From an uncultured delta proteobacterium (GTDB lineage: Bacteria > Desulfobacterota > Binatia > UBA9968): a stretch of DNA of 64,000 nucleotides. Made by a program: the position numbers and the translations under genes. The stretch is from positions 160,001 through 224,000 of the forward strand of contig CAWJZV010000034.1 in NCBI GenBank assembly GCA_963847445.1. The letters run 5' to 3'. Shown piece by piece: positions 23,448 to 34,414 of the stretch (positions are counted from its first letter, which is position 1; every line of letters begins with the position of its first letter). The notes under the pieces were generated by a model, which searched no databases, was not told where the DNA came from, and worked only from the letters and a program-made list of their open reading frames with translations.

Positions 23448-24336
23448 ATGGACAGCGAAAAAACTACTTCGACCCCAAAGTCCTGGCGGGCATTGCCAAT
23501 CTCGCCCTGCGCGCGCGTTGGGTGGTCGAAGGGCTGCTGTCCGGCGTGCATAAGAGCCGCGCCAAAGGCTTCAGCGTCGAGTTCGAAGAGCATCGCGAGT
23601 ATTCGCCGGGGGACGAGATCCGCCGCATCGATTGGAAGGCGCTCGGCAAATTCGACCGCTACATGATCAAGGAGTACGAGGACGAGACCAATCTGCGCGC
23701 CTACTTGCTGGTCGACGGCAGCGCCTCGATGAACTACGCCTCGGACGGCATCAGCAAATTCGACTACGCCTGCACGCTCACCGCGTCGCTGGCGTATCTT
23801 GATTTTGAAGCAGCAGGACGCCGCCGGCGTCGTCACTTTTTCGAACAAGATCGAGTCGTTCGTCCCGCCGCGCTCCAAGCGCGACTATCTCTTGCAAATC
23901 ATCCACGCCCTGGAGAATCGCGGCCCGGCGGGCGAAACCAATGTCGCGAAAATCCTTGACGAGTTGGCCGGGCAGATCCGCCGGCGCGGTTTGATCGTGT
24001 TAATCTCCGATTTGCTCGACGAGCCCGAGCCGATTATCAAAGGACTGCGCCAGTTCCGCTTCAAGGGCAACGATGTCATCGTCTTTCACCTGCTCGACCA
24101 GGCCGAGCTCGATCTGCCCTTCGACGGCAATATCTTGTTTGAAGATCTGGAAGCGGCCAATCTGCAAGTGATCGCCGACCCGCGCGCCATTCGCGCCACC
24201 TACAAAGAAGTCGTCCAAGAGTTCGTCAGCCGACATGCGCAAGCAGTGCCACGACAGCGCCATCGACTATCAATTGATCTCCACCGCCACGCCGCTGGAC
24301 CAGGCGCTGGCGAGCTATCTGAGCTGGCGAGGGTAA
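23448..24336 (+). CDS. DUF58 domain protein (frameshifted)
   Basis: [52 protein letters not shown]. Confidence 0.92.
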
Positions 24337-24344
24337 GCGCTGGC

Positions 24345-26440
24345 ATGTCGGTTTTTTTTCTCTACCCGCTGTTTCTCTTCGGCCTGGCCGCGGCGTCGCT
24401 GCCGATGTTGATTCATCTGCTCAATCGGCGCCGCTTGAAGCGCATCCGCTTCCCCGCCGTCCGCTTCATCCTGCTGTCGCAGAAACGCATCTCGCGCAGC
24501 TACCGCCTGCGCCACTGGCTGCTGTTGGCGCTGCGGACTCTGGCGGTGATCTGTCTGGCGCTCCTGCTCGCCAATCCGATTTTTCAAACCGGCGCCGGCC
24601 TGTTCGCCGGCGGCGGTCCGGTGTCGCTGGTCGTCATACTGGACAATTCGCTGAGCATGACCTGGTCCGGCGACGGCAACGGTTTCAAACAAGCGAAAGA
24701 GGCGGCGAGTCTGCTCATCGGCGAATTTGAGCGACGGCGACCGCGCCGCGGTGATTCCAACCAACATCAACGGCAAGGAAGCCTTTCGCCTGAAAGACCA
24801 AAAAGACGTGCTGCAAAAGGAAATTGCCGGCAGTGAGATCGCCGACGGCACGGCCAATCTCCCGGCCGCGTTGAGCAAAGCCTATGAGCTGCTCAACCAA
24901 CCGGCGGGGCAGAAAGAGATTCGCATCATCACCGACATGGCGCTCACCGGATGGGATCAGTTCTCGGTCGCCGCGCTCAAGCAGGCCGATCCGTCGATCC
25001 CGTTGAAAATCATCCGCATCGGCAGAAAACAGCAGCCGCTCAACGGCGCCGTCAAAGAAATCCGCCTCGGCGGCCAAGGCGTCGGCGTCAACCTGCCGCT
25101 GCAGATCGAAGCGACGGTGGCCAACTTCGGCGGCGATGGAAATCAAGGACCTGCTGGTGCAGCTGTCCATCGACGGCCAAAGCAAAGAGCAGAAGCTCAC
25201 GACACTTCCGCCAAAGGGCGAAACCTCGGTCACGTTTCAAACCCGCATCGGCCAGCCGGGCGCCCATACCGGTCAGATCACGCTCAAGAAAGACGGCTTC
25301 GCCGGCAATCCGGTCGCCAATTTCGCTCTCGACGCCCAGGACAAGCTGCAAAGTACTGCTGGTCGACGGCGATCCGCAGACTTCTCTGGTGCAAAGCGAA
25401 ACGTTTTTCCTCAGCCGCGCGCTTGAACCCATCCGGCGAGCGCGATAGCGTCGCTGTTCCTGCCGACCGTGGTTTTGCCGGACGGTCTCAACGCCGTGAA
25501 TCTCGACAACTATCAGGTCGTGATGCTGTGCCAATCTCGCCGACCTACCCGACGGCTTCGTCGCCAAATTGCAAAACTATCTGCGCCAAGGCGGCGGCCT
25601 GTTGATTTTCGCCGGCGATAAATTCTCAGGCCGACAGTTACAATCAAAAACTTGGCGCGGCGTTGCCGGCGCAGTTGCGCGACAAGAAAACCGGTCCGGA
25701 GTCCGGCGGCGAAAAAATCGACAAGATCGATCTCACTCATCCGGCGCTGCAAAATCTCGCCGACAGCATCTTGCAGGAATCGATCAAAACCGTGCGCGTG
25801 TGGGGTTACCAGCGCGCCGCCGGCAAACCGCTCATCTCGCTCGCCAATGGCGAACCGCTGCTGCTCGAACAGAAGGTCGGCGCCGGCAAAGTGATGTTGA
25901 TGACCACCAGCGCCGACCGCGATTGGAGCGACCTGCCGGTCAAAACGGTCTTTCTGCCGTTGATTCAATCGCTGACCCAATATCTCGCCGGCGGCAAACG
26001 CGGCAACCTGGACGCCGGCATCGCCGTCGGCGCCACCAAAGAGCTGTCCTTTCCGGCCAACTTCGTCGGCCGCAATCTGCGCGTCACCAAACCCGACAAG
26101 CAAAACAGCCGAAGTCGCCATCGTCGGCGCAAAAGACCGCGCCACGGCGACGGTCGAAGACAACGACCAGGCCGGCATCTACCGCCTGTCGCTGCCGGCG
26201 GGCGGCGATAAGGACAGCGGCGCGCCGCAACTCTACGCCGTCAATGCGCCATTCTTGGAATCGCGCCTGGACGAGATCAGCGCCGCCGAGCTCGCCGGCA
26301 AACTGAAACCGATCCGCACCGAGGTGCTCGACATCGACGCGCTCAAGGAAGGCGGCAAACGCGTCGACCTGGCGCTGCCGTTACTGGCATTGCTGATTGT
26401 AACCTTGCTATTCGAGGGATGGCTGGGACAACGATTTTGA
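24345..26440 (+). CDS. BatA-domain / VWA membrane protein (several frameshifts)
   Basis: LPMLIHLLNRRR..IRFPAVRF, LLLALRTL, MIDAS-like ILDNSLSM, ITDM, GGGLLIF, DWSDLP, C-terminal TM. Confidence 0.88.
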
Positions 26441-26442
26441 GA

Positions 26443-26532
26443 AAGATGGAGAATGGAAAATGTAAAATGGCAAAATTCCGGAACCGGTCTTCAATTATCA
26501 ATTATCCATTTTCATTATCCATTTGTAATCTT
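26443..26532. repeat. AT-rich heptamer inverted repeat (AATGGAA / TCCATTT-type units)
   Basis: gatggagaatggaaaatgtaaaatgg ... tcaattatcaattatccattttcattatccattt. Confidence 0.65.
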
Positions 26533-26533
26533 T

Positions 26534-27309
26534 ATGAACCGCCGCAACTTCATCCGACTTCTATCGCAAGGGCTGCTTGGCGTCGGCACTACTGCCAGGG
26601 CTCGGCCATGCCGGAGACCATCCCGTCGACAAGCGCCGGCTGCAGTTCGTCTTCGCCCAGTTCAAATATCGCGGCGGTGATTGGAATCCGCATCCGCTGT
26701 CGGTGACGCCGCTGATGGAAGAACTGATGGCGCGCACCAGCGTCGAGGCGGCGACGGTGCGCCATGAAGTCAGCTTGACCGACCGCGATCTGTTCAACTA
26801 CCCGTTTCTCTATCTCACCGGCAAATATGAATTCGAGCCCTTCACGCCAGGAAGAGATCGATGTCCTGCGCCGCTTTCTCACCTACGGCGGCTTCATGCT
26901 GATCGACGACGCCCTCGGCCAGCAGGGTTACGGTTTCGATAAAGCGGTGCGCCGCGAGATGCTGCGGGTGTTTCCCGGCAACGAGTTCAAACGCATGCCG
27001 GCCGGCCACGCCGCGCTGCGCAGCTACTATCTATTGCGCCGCATCGGCGGCGTGCGCATCGTCAGCCCAGCTCTCGAAGGCATCACCATCGGCAACTCGA
27101 CGCCGGTGGTCTACTGCCAGAACGGCCTGTGCGCCGCCTGGGAGCGCGATCAAGTCGGCAAGTGGACCAACGCCTGCACGCCCGGCGGCGAGCCGCAGCG
27201 GCGCGATGCCTTTCACCTGGGCATCAATCTGATTCTCTACGCCATGACCGAGAACTACAAAGACGATCTCATCCATGTGCCGTTCATCCGCAAACGGCTC
27301 ACCCGGTAA
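26534..27309 (+). CDS. DUF4159 protein with Tat signal peptide (frameshifts)
   Basis: MNRRNFIRLL twin-arginine motif; YRGGDWNP, YPFLYLTG, GGFMLIDD, GINLILYAMT. Confidence 0.85.
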
Positions 27310-27312
27310 ACC

Positions 27313-29577
27313 ATGAAAGATCTTTATCTCATCGGTTCTTTGCCGGGCTGGCTGGTGGCGCTCATCGGCGTCGCTGCCGCGGCGCTGCTGCTGCAACAAT
27401 TTTTCGGCTTGAAGAAGCGGCTGCCCGTCGGTCAGAGCGGTATTTCTCACCGCGCTGCGCGCCCTGGTCTACGCCGTGCTGATCTTTTTTCTCCTCGGCC
27501 CGGCGCTGATCGACAAGCGCGTGACCAAGTTGCGCCGGCCGCTGACGGTGCTGATCGATAGCTCCCAGAGCATGGGCTTTCCGGCCAGCTCCAAGAGCGC
27601 GCCGGGGGACAAGAACGCCAAGAGCCGCCTCGATCTCGTGCGCGAGAAACTCGACTACGGGCGCAACCGATTCGATTCTGCAAAAACTCAATCGCGACTA
27701 CGATCTCAAACTGATTCGCCTCGGCACCAGCCTCGAACCGATCTCGACCGCCAGCCTGGCCGGTTTGCAACCGCAGGATCCCGGCACGCGATTGTTGGAA
27801 CTGCTGCAAACCAGCGCGCGCGATAGCGCCGCGGCCAGCGGCCGGCATCATCGTTTTCACCGACGGCATCACCAACGGCGACAAGAAAAACTTGGACGGC
27901 GGACCGGCGCTGACCGTGCCGGTGTTCGCCGTCGGCGTCGGCGAGGCCGAAGGCTTCACCGACGTGCGCATCGCCAAGGTCGGCGCGCCGGAGTTCGCCT
28001 TTCGCGGCCGCGAGTTCAAGATCGATCTGACGATCCAGGCCTCGGGCCTGAAAGGCAAGTCGGTGCCGCTGTTCTTCAACCGCGGCAAAAATATCGTCAC
28101 CACCCGCACCCTAGCCGTCGATGCCGATCCCTTCGAGCAAAAAATCACCCTCGCCTTTACGCCCAAGGATCTTGGCACCCATGGATTTTCCGTCAACATC
28201 CCGGCCCAGGCCGGCGAACAGATCACCCAGAACAACAGCAAAGAGTTCAAAGTCGATGTCCAGCGCGACAAGATTCGCGTCCTGACGTTGTCCGGCTCGC
28301 CGGCGTGGAATTATCGGTTTCTGCGCATGGCGATGAAGCAAGATCCGTTGATCGAACTGGTCTCCTTCGTGTTTCTGCGCACGCCGACCGACAGCGTCGA
28401 CGTGCCGGAGAGCCAGCTGAGCCTAATTCCGTTTCCCATCGACGATATTTTTCTCGAAGAGCTGAAGAACTTCGATGTGATTTTCTTCGACGACTTCTCC
28501 CATCGCGCTTACTTCAACCCGTCTTATTTGGAACGGGTGCGCGATTTCGTTCGCGACGGCGGCGGCCTGGCGATGTTCGGCGGCCCGCGCTCCTTCGACG
28601 CCGGCGGTTACGGCGAGAGCGCGTTGAAAGAAGCCTTGCCGGTGGAGTTGGACGGCAAAGGCAGTTTTCAAACGCCGGCCGGGGTCAACATCGCGCTTAC
28701 CGCCGCGGGCAAAGCCCATCCGATCACCCGCTTGCTGCCTGATCCCAAAACCAACGAAGAAGCCTGGAGCAAGATGCCGGCGCTTACCGGCATGAACCAG
28801 GTGCGCGCCGCCCGCGGCGAGACTTTAATCGCCAGTAGCGCCGAGAGCGGCGGCGCGCCGCTCCTGACCATCGGCCGCTTCGGCAAGGGGCGCACCCTGG
28901 CGCTCATGAGCGACGACGCGTGGCGCTGGAACTTCATCGCCGTCGGCAATAAAGAAACACCGCAAAATCATTTAAAACTTGTCCGCCAAGCGGTGCGCTG
29001 GCTCGCCCAGGAGCCGTCCTTCGAACAGGTGCAGCTGCGTCCGATCGCGGCGGTGCAACCGGGCGAAAAAAGCCAGATCAAATTGAAAGTGCTGAAAGAT
29101 GACTTCACGCCGACGCGCCAAGCGTCCGTGCAACTGCGCGTCTTCGGCCCCGAAGGCGAACCGACGGTCGTCGCCGCCAGCGCCGACAGCGAGGAAGGCG
29201 AATACACCGGCGAATTCATTCCGACCAAAGAAGGCACCCATCGCGTCGAAGCGGAAGCAAGCTTGGGCGGCAAAGTGCTGGGCAAAGATCGCGGCAGTTT
29301 CACCGCCGCGTTCGCCTACGGCGAAACCGACGACGGCCTGCCGCGCCTCGATCTGCTGAAACAGATCGCCGAGAACAGCAAAGGCGAATACTTTTCGATC
29401 AGCGACTGGAACGACAAAGCGCTGGAAAAGATCGCCGCCAAGCTCGAAACCATCGCGCCGTCGCAGCTGGTCGAGCAGCGCCAAACCCAGCTATGGAGCA
29501 CGCTATGGCCCTTCGCCATCGTGCTGGCGCTGCTCAGCGTCGAATGGTGGATGAGAAGGAAGTGGGGATTAATTTAG
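27313..29577 (+). CDS. Membrane protein with VWA and glutamine-amidotransferase-like domains (N-terminal frameshifts)
   Basis: N-terminal TMs, LIDSSQSM, FTDG, VRDGGGLAMFGG, GKGRTLAL..DDAWRW, C-terminal TM then EWWMRRKWG. Confidence 0.85.
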
Positions 29578-29583
29578 GTACGG

Positions 29584-29636
29584 GTAGGTACGTGCCTATC
29601 CTGGGTTCGGGCAACCGACAGGGGGTCGCCCCTACA
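29584..29636. repeat. GTAG-type REP-like element (degenerate doublet)
   Basis: gggcaacc-gacagg-gggtcgcccctac; the reverse strand begins GTAGGGGCGACC. Confidence 0.6.
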
Positions 29637-29656
29637 ACCGTCGAACGCGCCGTGGA

Positions 29657-30457
29657 ATGCGCACAATGATGCGAATCCTGCGAATAATTACTGTGATGTT
29701 CGCGCTGCTGGTGGCGCCAGCTCGCGTACTCGCATTCTGCCATGAGCTCGAAGTCGTCCAGCAGGGCGGATTCATTCGCGCCGCGCTGGGCAGCGCGCCG
29801 CAGGTCACCATCGAATGGCTGGGCCATTCGACATTTCAAATCACCTCATCGAAAGGCACCCGAGTCCTCACCGATCCGCATGGCGCTTTCGATCTGCCGC
29901 GCCCGACTTTGCCGCAACATATCGTCACCAGCAGCCACCGCCACGGTCCGCATAGCAGCGTCCACATGGCGCCCGGCACGCCGGTAATTTTCCACGGCCT
30001 CACGCCGAGCGGGGAAGACTGGCAAAAGATCTCGACAACCATCCGCGACGTGTCGGTTTACGTCGTTCCCGCCTATCACGACAAAAGCCGCGGCATGCAG
30101 CGCGGCAAGAACGCCATCTTCGTTTTCAAAGTCGACGACATCTGCATCGCCCATTTGGGCGACTTGGGCCATGTGCTGACCCCCGACCAACTCAAGATGA
30201 TGGGCAAGATCGACATCCTGCTGGTGCCCATCGCCGGCGGCTATTACACCGTCACGCCGAGCGAAGCGCGCGAACTCACCAAGCTAGTCAATCCGAAAAT
30301 CGCCATCCCCAAACACTTCTGGTGGGAACAAGCCGTCCAGGAATACACCCAAGGCCTGACGCGGGTGAAAATGCTCAGCACGCCGGTGTTGAAAATATCC
30401 AAGCCGGAGTTGCCGCAGCCGATCGAGACCATCGTCATGCCTTGGGGGCAAAGGTAG
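29657..30457 (+). CDS. Secreted MBL-fold metallohydrolase
   Basis: Signal peptide, WLGHSTF, LTDPH, SHRHGPH, HLGDLGH, LLVPIAG, IPKH. Confidence 0.88.
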   Translation: MRTMMRILRIITVMFALLVAPARVLAFCHELEVVQQGGFIRAALGSAPQVTIEWLGHSTFQITSSKGTRVLTDPHGAFDLPRPTLPQHIVTSSHRHGPHSSVHMAPGTPVIFHGLTPSGEDWQKISTTIRDVSVYVVPAYHDKSRGMQRGKNAIFVFKVDDICIAHLGDLGHVLTPDQLKMMGKIDILLVPIAGGYYTVTPSEARELTKLVNPKIAIPKHFWWEQAVQEYTQGLTRVKMLSTPVLKISKPELPQPIETIVMPWGQR

Positions 30458-30637
30458 GATTTCGGTCGTGAGTTTAGTAACAAGCTCCAAGAGAACAAGA
30501 GGTGCCCGGCAGCATCCGAAACCACGGATGGCGCAAACTCATCCACTTTGAGGGAGATCACTGAGCGCGCACGAATGTCGTGAGACAAAAGCCCAGAGCT
30601 GTTCCGCTCCAACAAAATCGCTCGAAATAAAACCTGT

Positions 30638-31460
30638 TCACCGATAATTCATCACGCCGCGCGGCTGCGAGCACGCGGATCTCCGTCGGCGACGGCAGCG
30701 CGTCTTTGCTCACCGCCAAGGTATCGGTGTTCAACAGCTGCGTCTTCATACCGGCGGTGAATTGCTTGATCAGATACGGATTATCGCGATGGTGCATCGG
30801 GAATGGCGATTTTGGGCTTGAGCTGGGTAAGAACTTCTCTCGCCAAGTCCGGAGCCATGGTACGGCCGCCGCCGATGGGCGTGAGCGCGATATCGACTTT
30901 GCCGAAAGCTTTGATCTGTTGATCGTTCAACTTTTGGCTCAAGTCGCCCAGGTGGGCGATGCACAAGACGCCGAGGTCGAAGACGAATGCGGCGCCGTGA
31001 ATCCCCTGGATAGACTCGGCGTTTTGGTGAATCGGCACGCTGTAAATGAAAGTATCCTTGACACTGGTGCTGACCATGTTCCAGTCGGCGCCGTAGTTTT
31101 TCAGCCCGCGCAGGACCAGCGGATTGCCCAGGACGATCTGCACGGCATTGTGGTTGCGCATTTCCTTGCCGACGGTGACGACATCGGCGGCGACGTTGGG
31201 ATTGGGATACCATCCAGGTCCCAAAGGATCGGCGACGATACGCGTGCCTTTGCTCGTCGTGATCAGAAAGAAATTGTGGCCGAAGTATTGAATCGTCGCG
31301 TCGACATTGGCCGCGTAGGCAAGCGATCCAAACCCGCGCGCGACATCGGGATCACGGCAGGAGGCGTGGGCAGAATGGAATCGAGGACAGCAGTACGCTG
31401 ATAACCAATAGCGGAGCCAAGGATGAACCGTAGAGTTCTACTTTGTCCAAAGCGCTTCAT
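30638..31460 (-). CDS. Secreted MBL-fold paralog with degenerate metal motif (frameshifted)
   Basis: YFGHNFFLITTSKGTRIVADP, TVGKEMRNHN, CIAHLGDL, LKPKIAIP(M)HH. Confidence 0.8.
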
Positions 31461-31651
31461 GAATCTCTCAAATACGACGGGAAATCGTCCGAACTGCGGA
31501 ATTCATTGACGGCAGGCTATTGGATCGACGCAGAAAAAACAAATGCTAACCGAGCCGCGCTGTCCTTTGAAAAATCATTACCCCTTCACCCGAAGTGTCT
31601 CTCAGATTGATCCGTACTGGATTGGGCCCGTCTAGGTCGGCATTGGACGCA

Positions 31652-32410
31652 TTATCGCACCGCCTCAAAGGCCATCGCTTCCCAATTGTTGATGATCGTG
31701 AGATCTGGGTTGGAATGGTGCGTACGAAATTCCACCTCTTGAAATACCGGGTCGGTCTTTTGCGTGATTTCGTATTGGGTGATCTGCTTAAACCCAACCA
31801 ACTCGAGACTCTTCCGAAGAGTTGCCGGATCGTAGACAAATTGATGTCCCCATTCGCGCATTTGACGGTTAAGGATATATGTTGCCGGCACCGCGTTAAT
31901 TGGCACTCCGCCTAGGCGAAACTTCGCGTCGATAAATCTCTGTGCCTCTGCATCGGGAGCGGCACCGAGAAGTTGTACAAATTTTGTAAGATTCGGTGTT
32001 ACGATTCTTATTTTGCCGCCATTCGCAAGTATCCGGTAGGACTCGCGCAACATGACCATCCCCAGTTCCCAGGGCAAATGCTCGATCAAATGCTCGTTAA
32101 AAACATATTGGAATGACTGATCGGGAAGAGGAAATGTAGTAGTGGCATCGATATAGACCTGATTGTTGCTGGGTTCGAGATCGGAGTTTAACCATCCTTG
32201 CGGATTATTACTGCCTGCCCCCAATTGTAACTTGCGCACAGAGTGAGCCTTAAGGTACTGGTCAATGGCTTGTGAATTGCCAAAGCGTAATAAGGGATAA
32301 TGGAGCGTCTTCTTAATATCGTCCGCAATCGTTACGCCGATGATAAATGCGATGAAAGCAAGCAAGGTCAGCCGCAAGTAGGATTGTTTGTTGTTCTCCA
32401 TAGATGCCAT
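31652..32410 (-). CDS. Class I SAM-dependent methyltransferase with N-terminal TM anchor
   Basis: KLQLGAG, WLNSD, FNEHLIEHL, RILANGGKIRIVTP, WGHQFVYD; visibly lower GC than flanks. Confidence 0.82.
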   Translation of the reverse strand: MASMENNKQSYLRLTLLAFIAFIIGVTIADDIKKTLHYPLLRFGNSQAIDQYLKAHSVRKLQLGAGSNNPQGWLNSDLEPSNNQVYIDATTTFPLPDQSFQYVFNEHLIEHLPWELGMVMLRESYRILANGGKIRIVTPNLTKFVQLLGAAPDAEAQRFIDAKFRLGGVPINAVPATYILNRQMREWGHQFVYDPATLRKSLELVGFKQITQYEITQKTDPVFQEVEFRTHHSNPDLTIINNWEAMAFEAVR

Positions 32411-32614
32411 CTAGCCGCTTGCGGGTTTGATTGTAAAGTGGCGGCTTTGTGCCGTATATCTCCAGTGACAGTTGCTAGCGCACCGGTTTCAATGCACTAC
32501 AGACACGACTAGCCTTCGGGTTGGCAGGAGATAGCGTCGTCAATGCTATCGATATGATGAAACTGACTTAACTTCGGTGAGCGCAGGGCTACGCGGAGGT
32601 GTTCGTTGGAGAAC

Positions 32615-33202
32615 TTACCGGGAAGGTTGTCCTCGTTCCGTAGCGGGCGGATTTTGACTCGTCGGCGGCCATCGCAGTGTCAGTGATTGATTCAGCAGCT
32701 CGGTCAATTTTTTCTTTTGTTCGGCGTTGAGCAGCGCCTTGCCCTGCTCGATGGCGCGGATGCGGGCGATGCGCAGGTCGCTGCGGAGCTTTTCTTCCTC
32801 GCGTATTTTCGCTTCAAGCTTGGCCATTTCCACTGGCTCGCTGTCGAGCAAGGTGGCGATATCAAGCTCCAGGATGCGCAAGTCCGCCTCATTGCGGATG
32901 GTCAAGCGCTGGAAATTATCGCGCTGCTGCTCCAACCGGCGCACTTGATCCGCGGACAATCCCAGCGCCTCTTTGTTGTTGAGCATCTGGCTGATCACCG
33001 GGCGGTCTTCGCGCGCGCCGCGCGGCCCGACGCGCTCCCACAGCCGCCCGCCCCACTCGTGCAACGCGCGTTGAAAGCGCTCCCAGGCATCGGACAGTTC
33101 TTCCGGCACCGGCGGCTTCGACCGTTCCGGTTCGGCGCTCAAAGCGGGGATGGTGACGATCAACAGCAAGGCAAACGAACATAAAAAAAACCTACGTTGC
33201 AT
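32615..33202 (-). CDS. Periplasmic Spy/CpxP-like helical protein
   Basis: Signal peptide after GGAGG RBS, LGLSADQ and LNAEQKKKL (LTxxQ-like) motifs. Confidence 0.75.
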   Translation of the reverse strand: MQRRFFLCSFALLLIVTIPALSAEPERSKPPVPEELSDAWERFQRALHEWGGRLWERVGPRGAREDRPVISQMLNNKEALGLSADQVRRLEQQRDNFQRLTIRNEADLRILELDIATLLDSEPVEMAKLEAKIREEEKLRSDLRIARIRAIEQGKALLNAEQKKKLTELLNQSLTLRWPPTSQNPPATERGQPSR

Positions 33203-33333
33203 AACGCCTCCAGTGAGCCAATTCAGCAGGGACTGGCAAAAAGTAAAGCTCCGCCACGTCTCGAAGTCAACGCAGTGGGTCATGGCACGGCGGGCCAACG
33301 ATGAGGCGAGTTGTCATAGCAATAATTTCGCTC

Positions 33334-33362
33334 TTGACATTGGCACCGCGCAGTCGTAGAGC
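33334..33362 (+). promoter_or_regulatory. Putative sigma-70 promoter
   Basis: TTGACA-17 nt-TAGAGC. Confidence 0.6.
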
Positions 33363-33368
33363 GGTAGC

Positions 33369-33770
33369 AGATTCACTGAACGCCGCCAGGCGTAGGGGCG
33401 AGTGAGTCGCATAATGCAGTGAAGCCCCAAGGTGTGAAAGGAGGTCTTTGCTATGCAAGACGGAAATCCACCGAACCACGTATGCCCGCTGTTTGCGGGC
33501 GGCTCCCGACCCGGACATCTACCCGTCTCACGCAGCGGCGTTAACTAACCGGACCTCAACTAAATTGCCTGAAGGCAAATCGTCGCTCTAGCGACATAGT
33601 GAGGAAGGTCGTAGGTAGTATGACACGCGGAGGTCACTCACGTGAGTGCGTTCCGGATCAAGCCCATCGAACCGTTGGCAGCGGGAGTAAGGGCAAATTA
33701 AATAGCGCAGTTAAGCGCGCGAAACGCGCCGCAAGGGCGTCCTTCCGTGAAGGACGCCCTTGTCATTCTT
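33369..33770 (+). ncRNA. Candidate ~400-nt structured RNA, possibly carrying a 31-aa sORF at 33453-33548
   Basis: Bounded by a promoter and a 14-bp hairpin; at least seven internal stems; no family recognised. Confidence 0.45.
33732..33770 (+). terminator. Strong hairpin / probable terminator
   Basis: caagggcgtccttc-cgt-gaaggacgcccttg (14 bp) followed by tcattctt. Confidence 0.7.
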
Positions 33771-33837
33771 AGCGCGCCATTCAGTTTCGGTCCGGCAATG
33801 GAACGGGTTAAACTAGCAAACGTTTGGGGAGAAGATC

Positions 33838-34324
33838 ATGATAGAAGCGGATCATCGTTATCTACGCTATGCCTTGATGGTCGCCGAACGTGCCCGCGAC
33901 CATGGCGACCGCCCGTTTGGCGCGGTGCTGGTGAGCAATCGCGGCAGAATTTTGATCGAGGCGGAAAACGCCAAACACGCCACTCATGATTGCACGAGCC
34001 ACGCCGAAACCAGGCTGCTCGCCCAGGCGTCGCGGCAGTTTCCCCGCCACCTGCTGGTCCATTGCACGCTTTACGTAAATGCCGAGCCCTGCCCAATGTG
34101 CGCCGGGGCGATATTCTGGAGCGGTGTGGGCCGCGTCGTCTTCGGTCTCAGCAACGCCCGCCTGAGACAGCTGGTCGGACAGCGTTCGGAGCAACTATTC
34201 GAACATTGCGCCGAGGTGCTCGCCGAGGCACGCACACGTCGAAGTGGTGGGACCCTTGTTCGAAGAAGAAGCGGCCCAGGCGTTTAGAGAAGGGCTCGTC
34301 TTGCCAACAGTTCTGGCACAGTGA
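33838..34324 (+). CDS. Zn-dependent nucleoside/nucleobase deaminase (CDA superfamily), C-terminal frameshift
   Basis: GDRPFGAVLV, HAE, EPCPMCAGAIFW. Confidence 0.88.
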
Positions 34325-34414
34325 TTTTGTTCACCGGGCAGGGAGCCACGGATCCATAGTCGGCTTAGCGCAACGACAGGCGTTGACGGTTCGCGCAATC
34401 ACAGGGAGGGAACC

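Noticed and set aside
32500-32600. Small hairpins (ctagcc-ttcg-ggttgg, gatagc...gctatc) as a possible RNA motif
   Set aside because: Too short, and no recognisable riboswitch or ribozyme core
33685-33725. aagggc...ttaaatag...ttaagc resembles a pistol ribozyme core
   Set aside because: The pseudoknot partner (CCCU after UUAAG) and the P1 stem are absent
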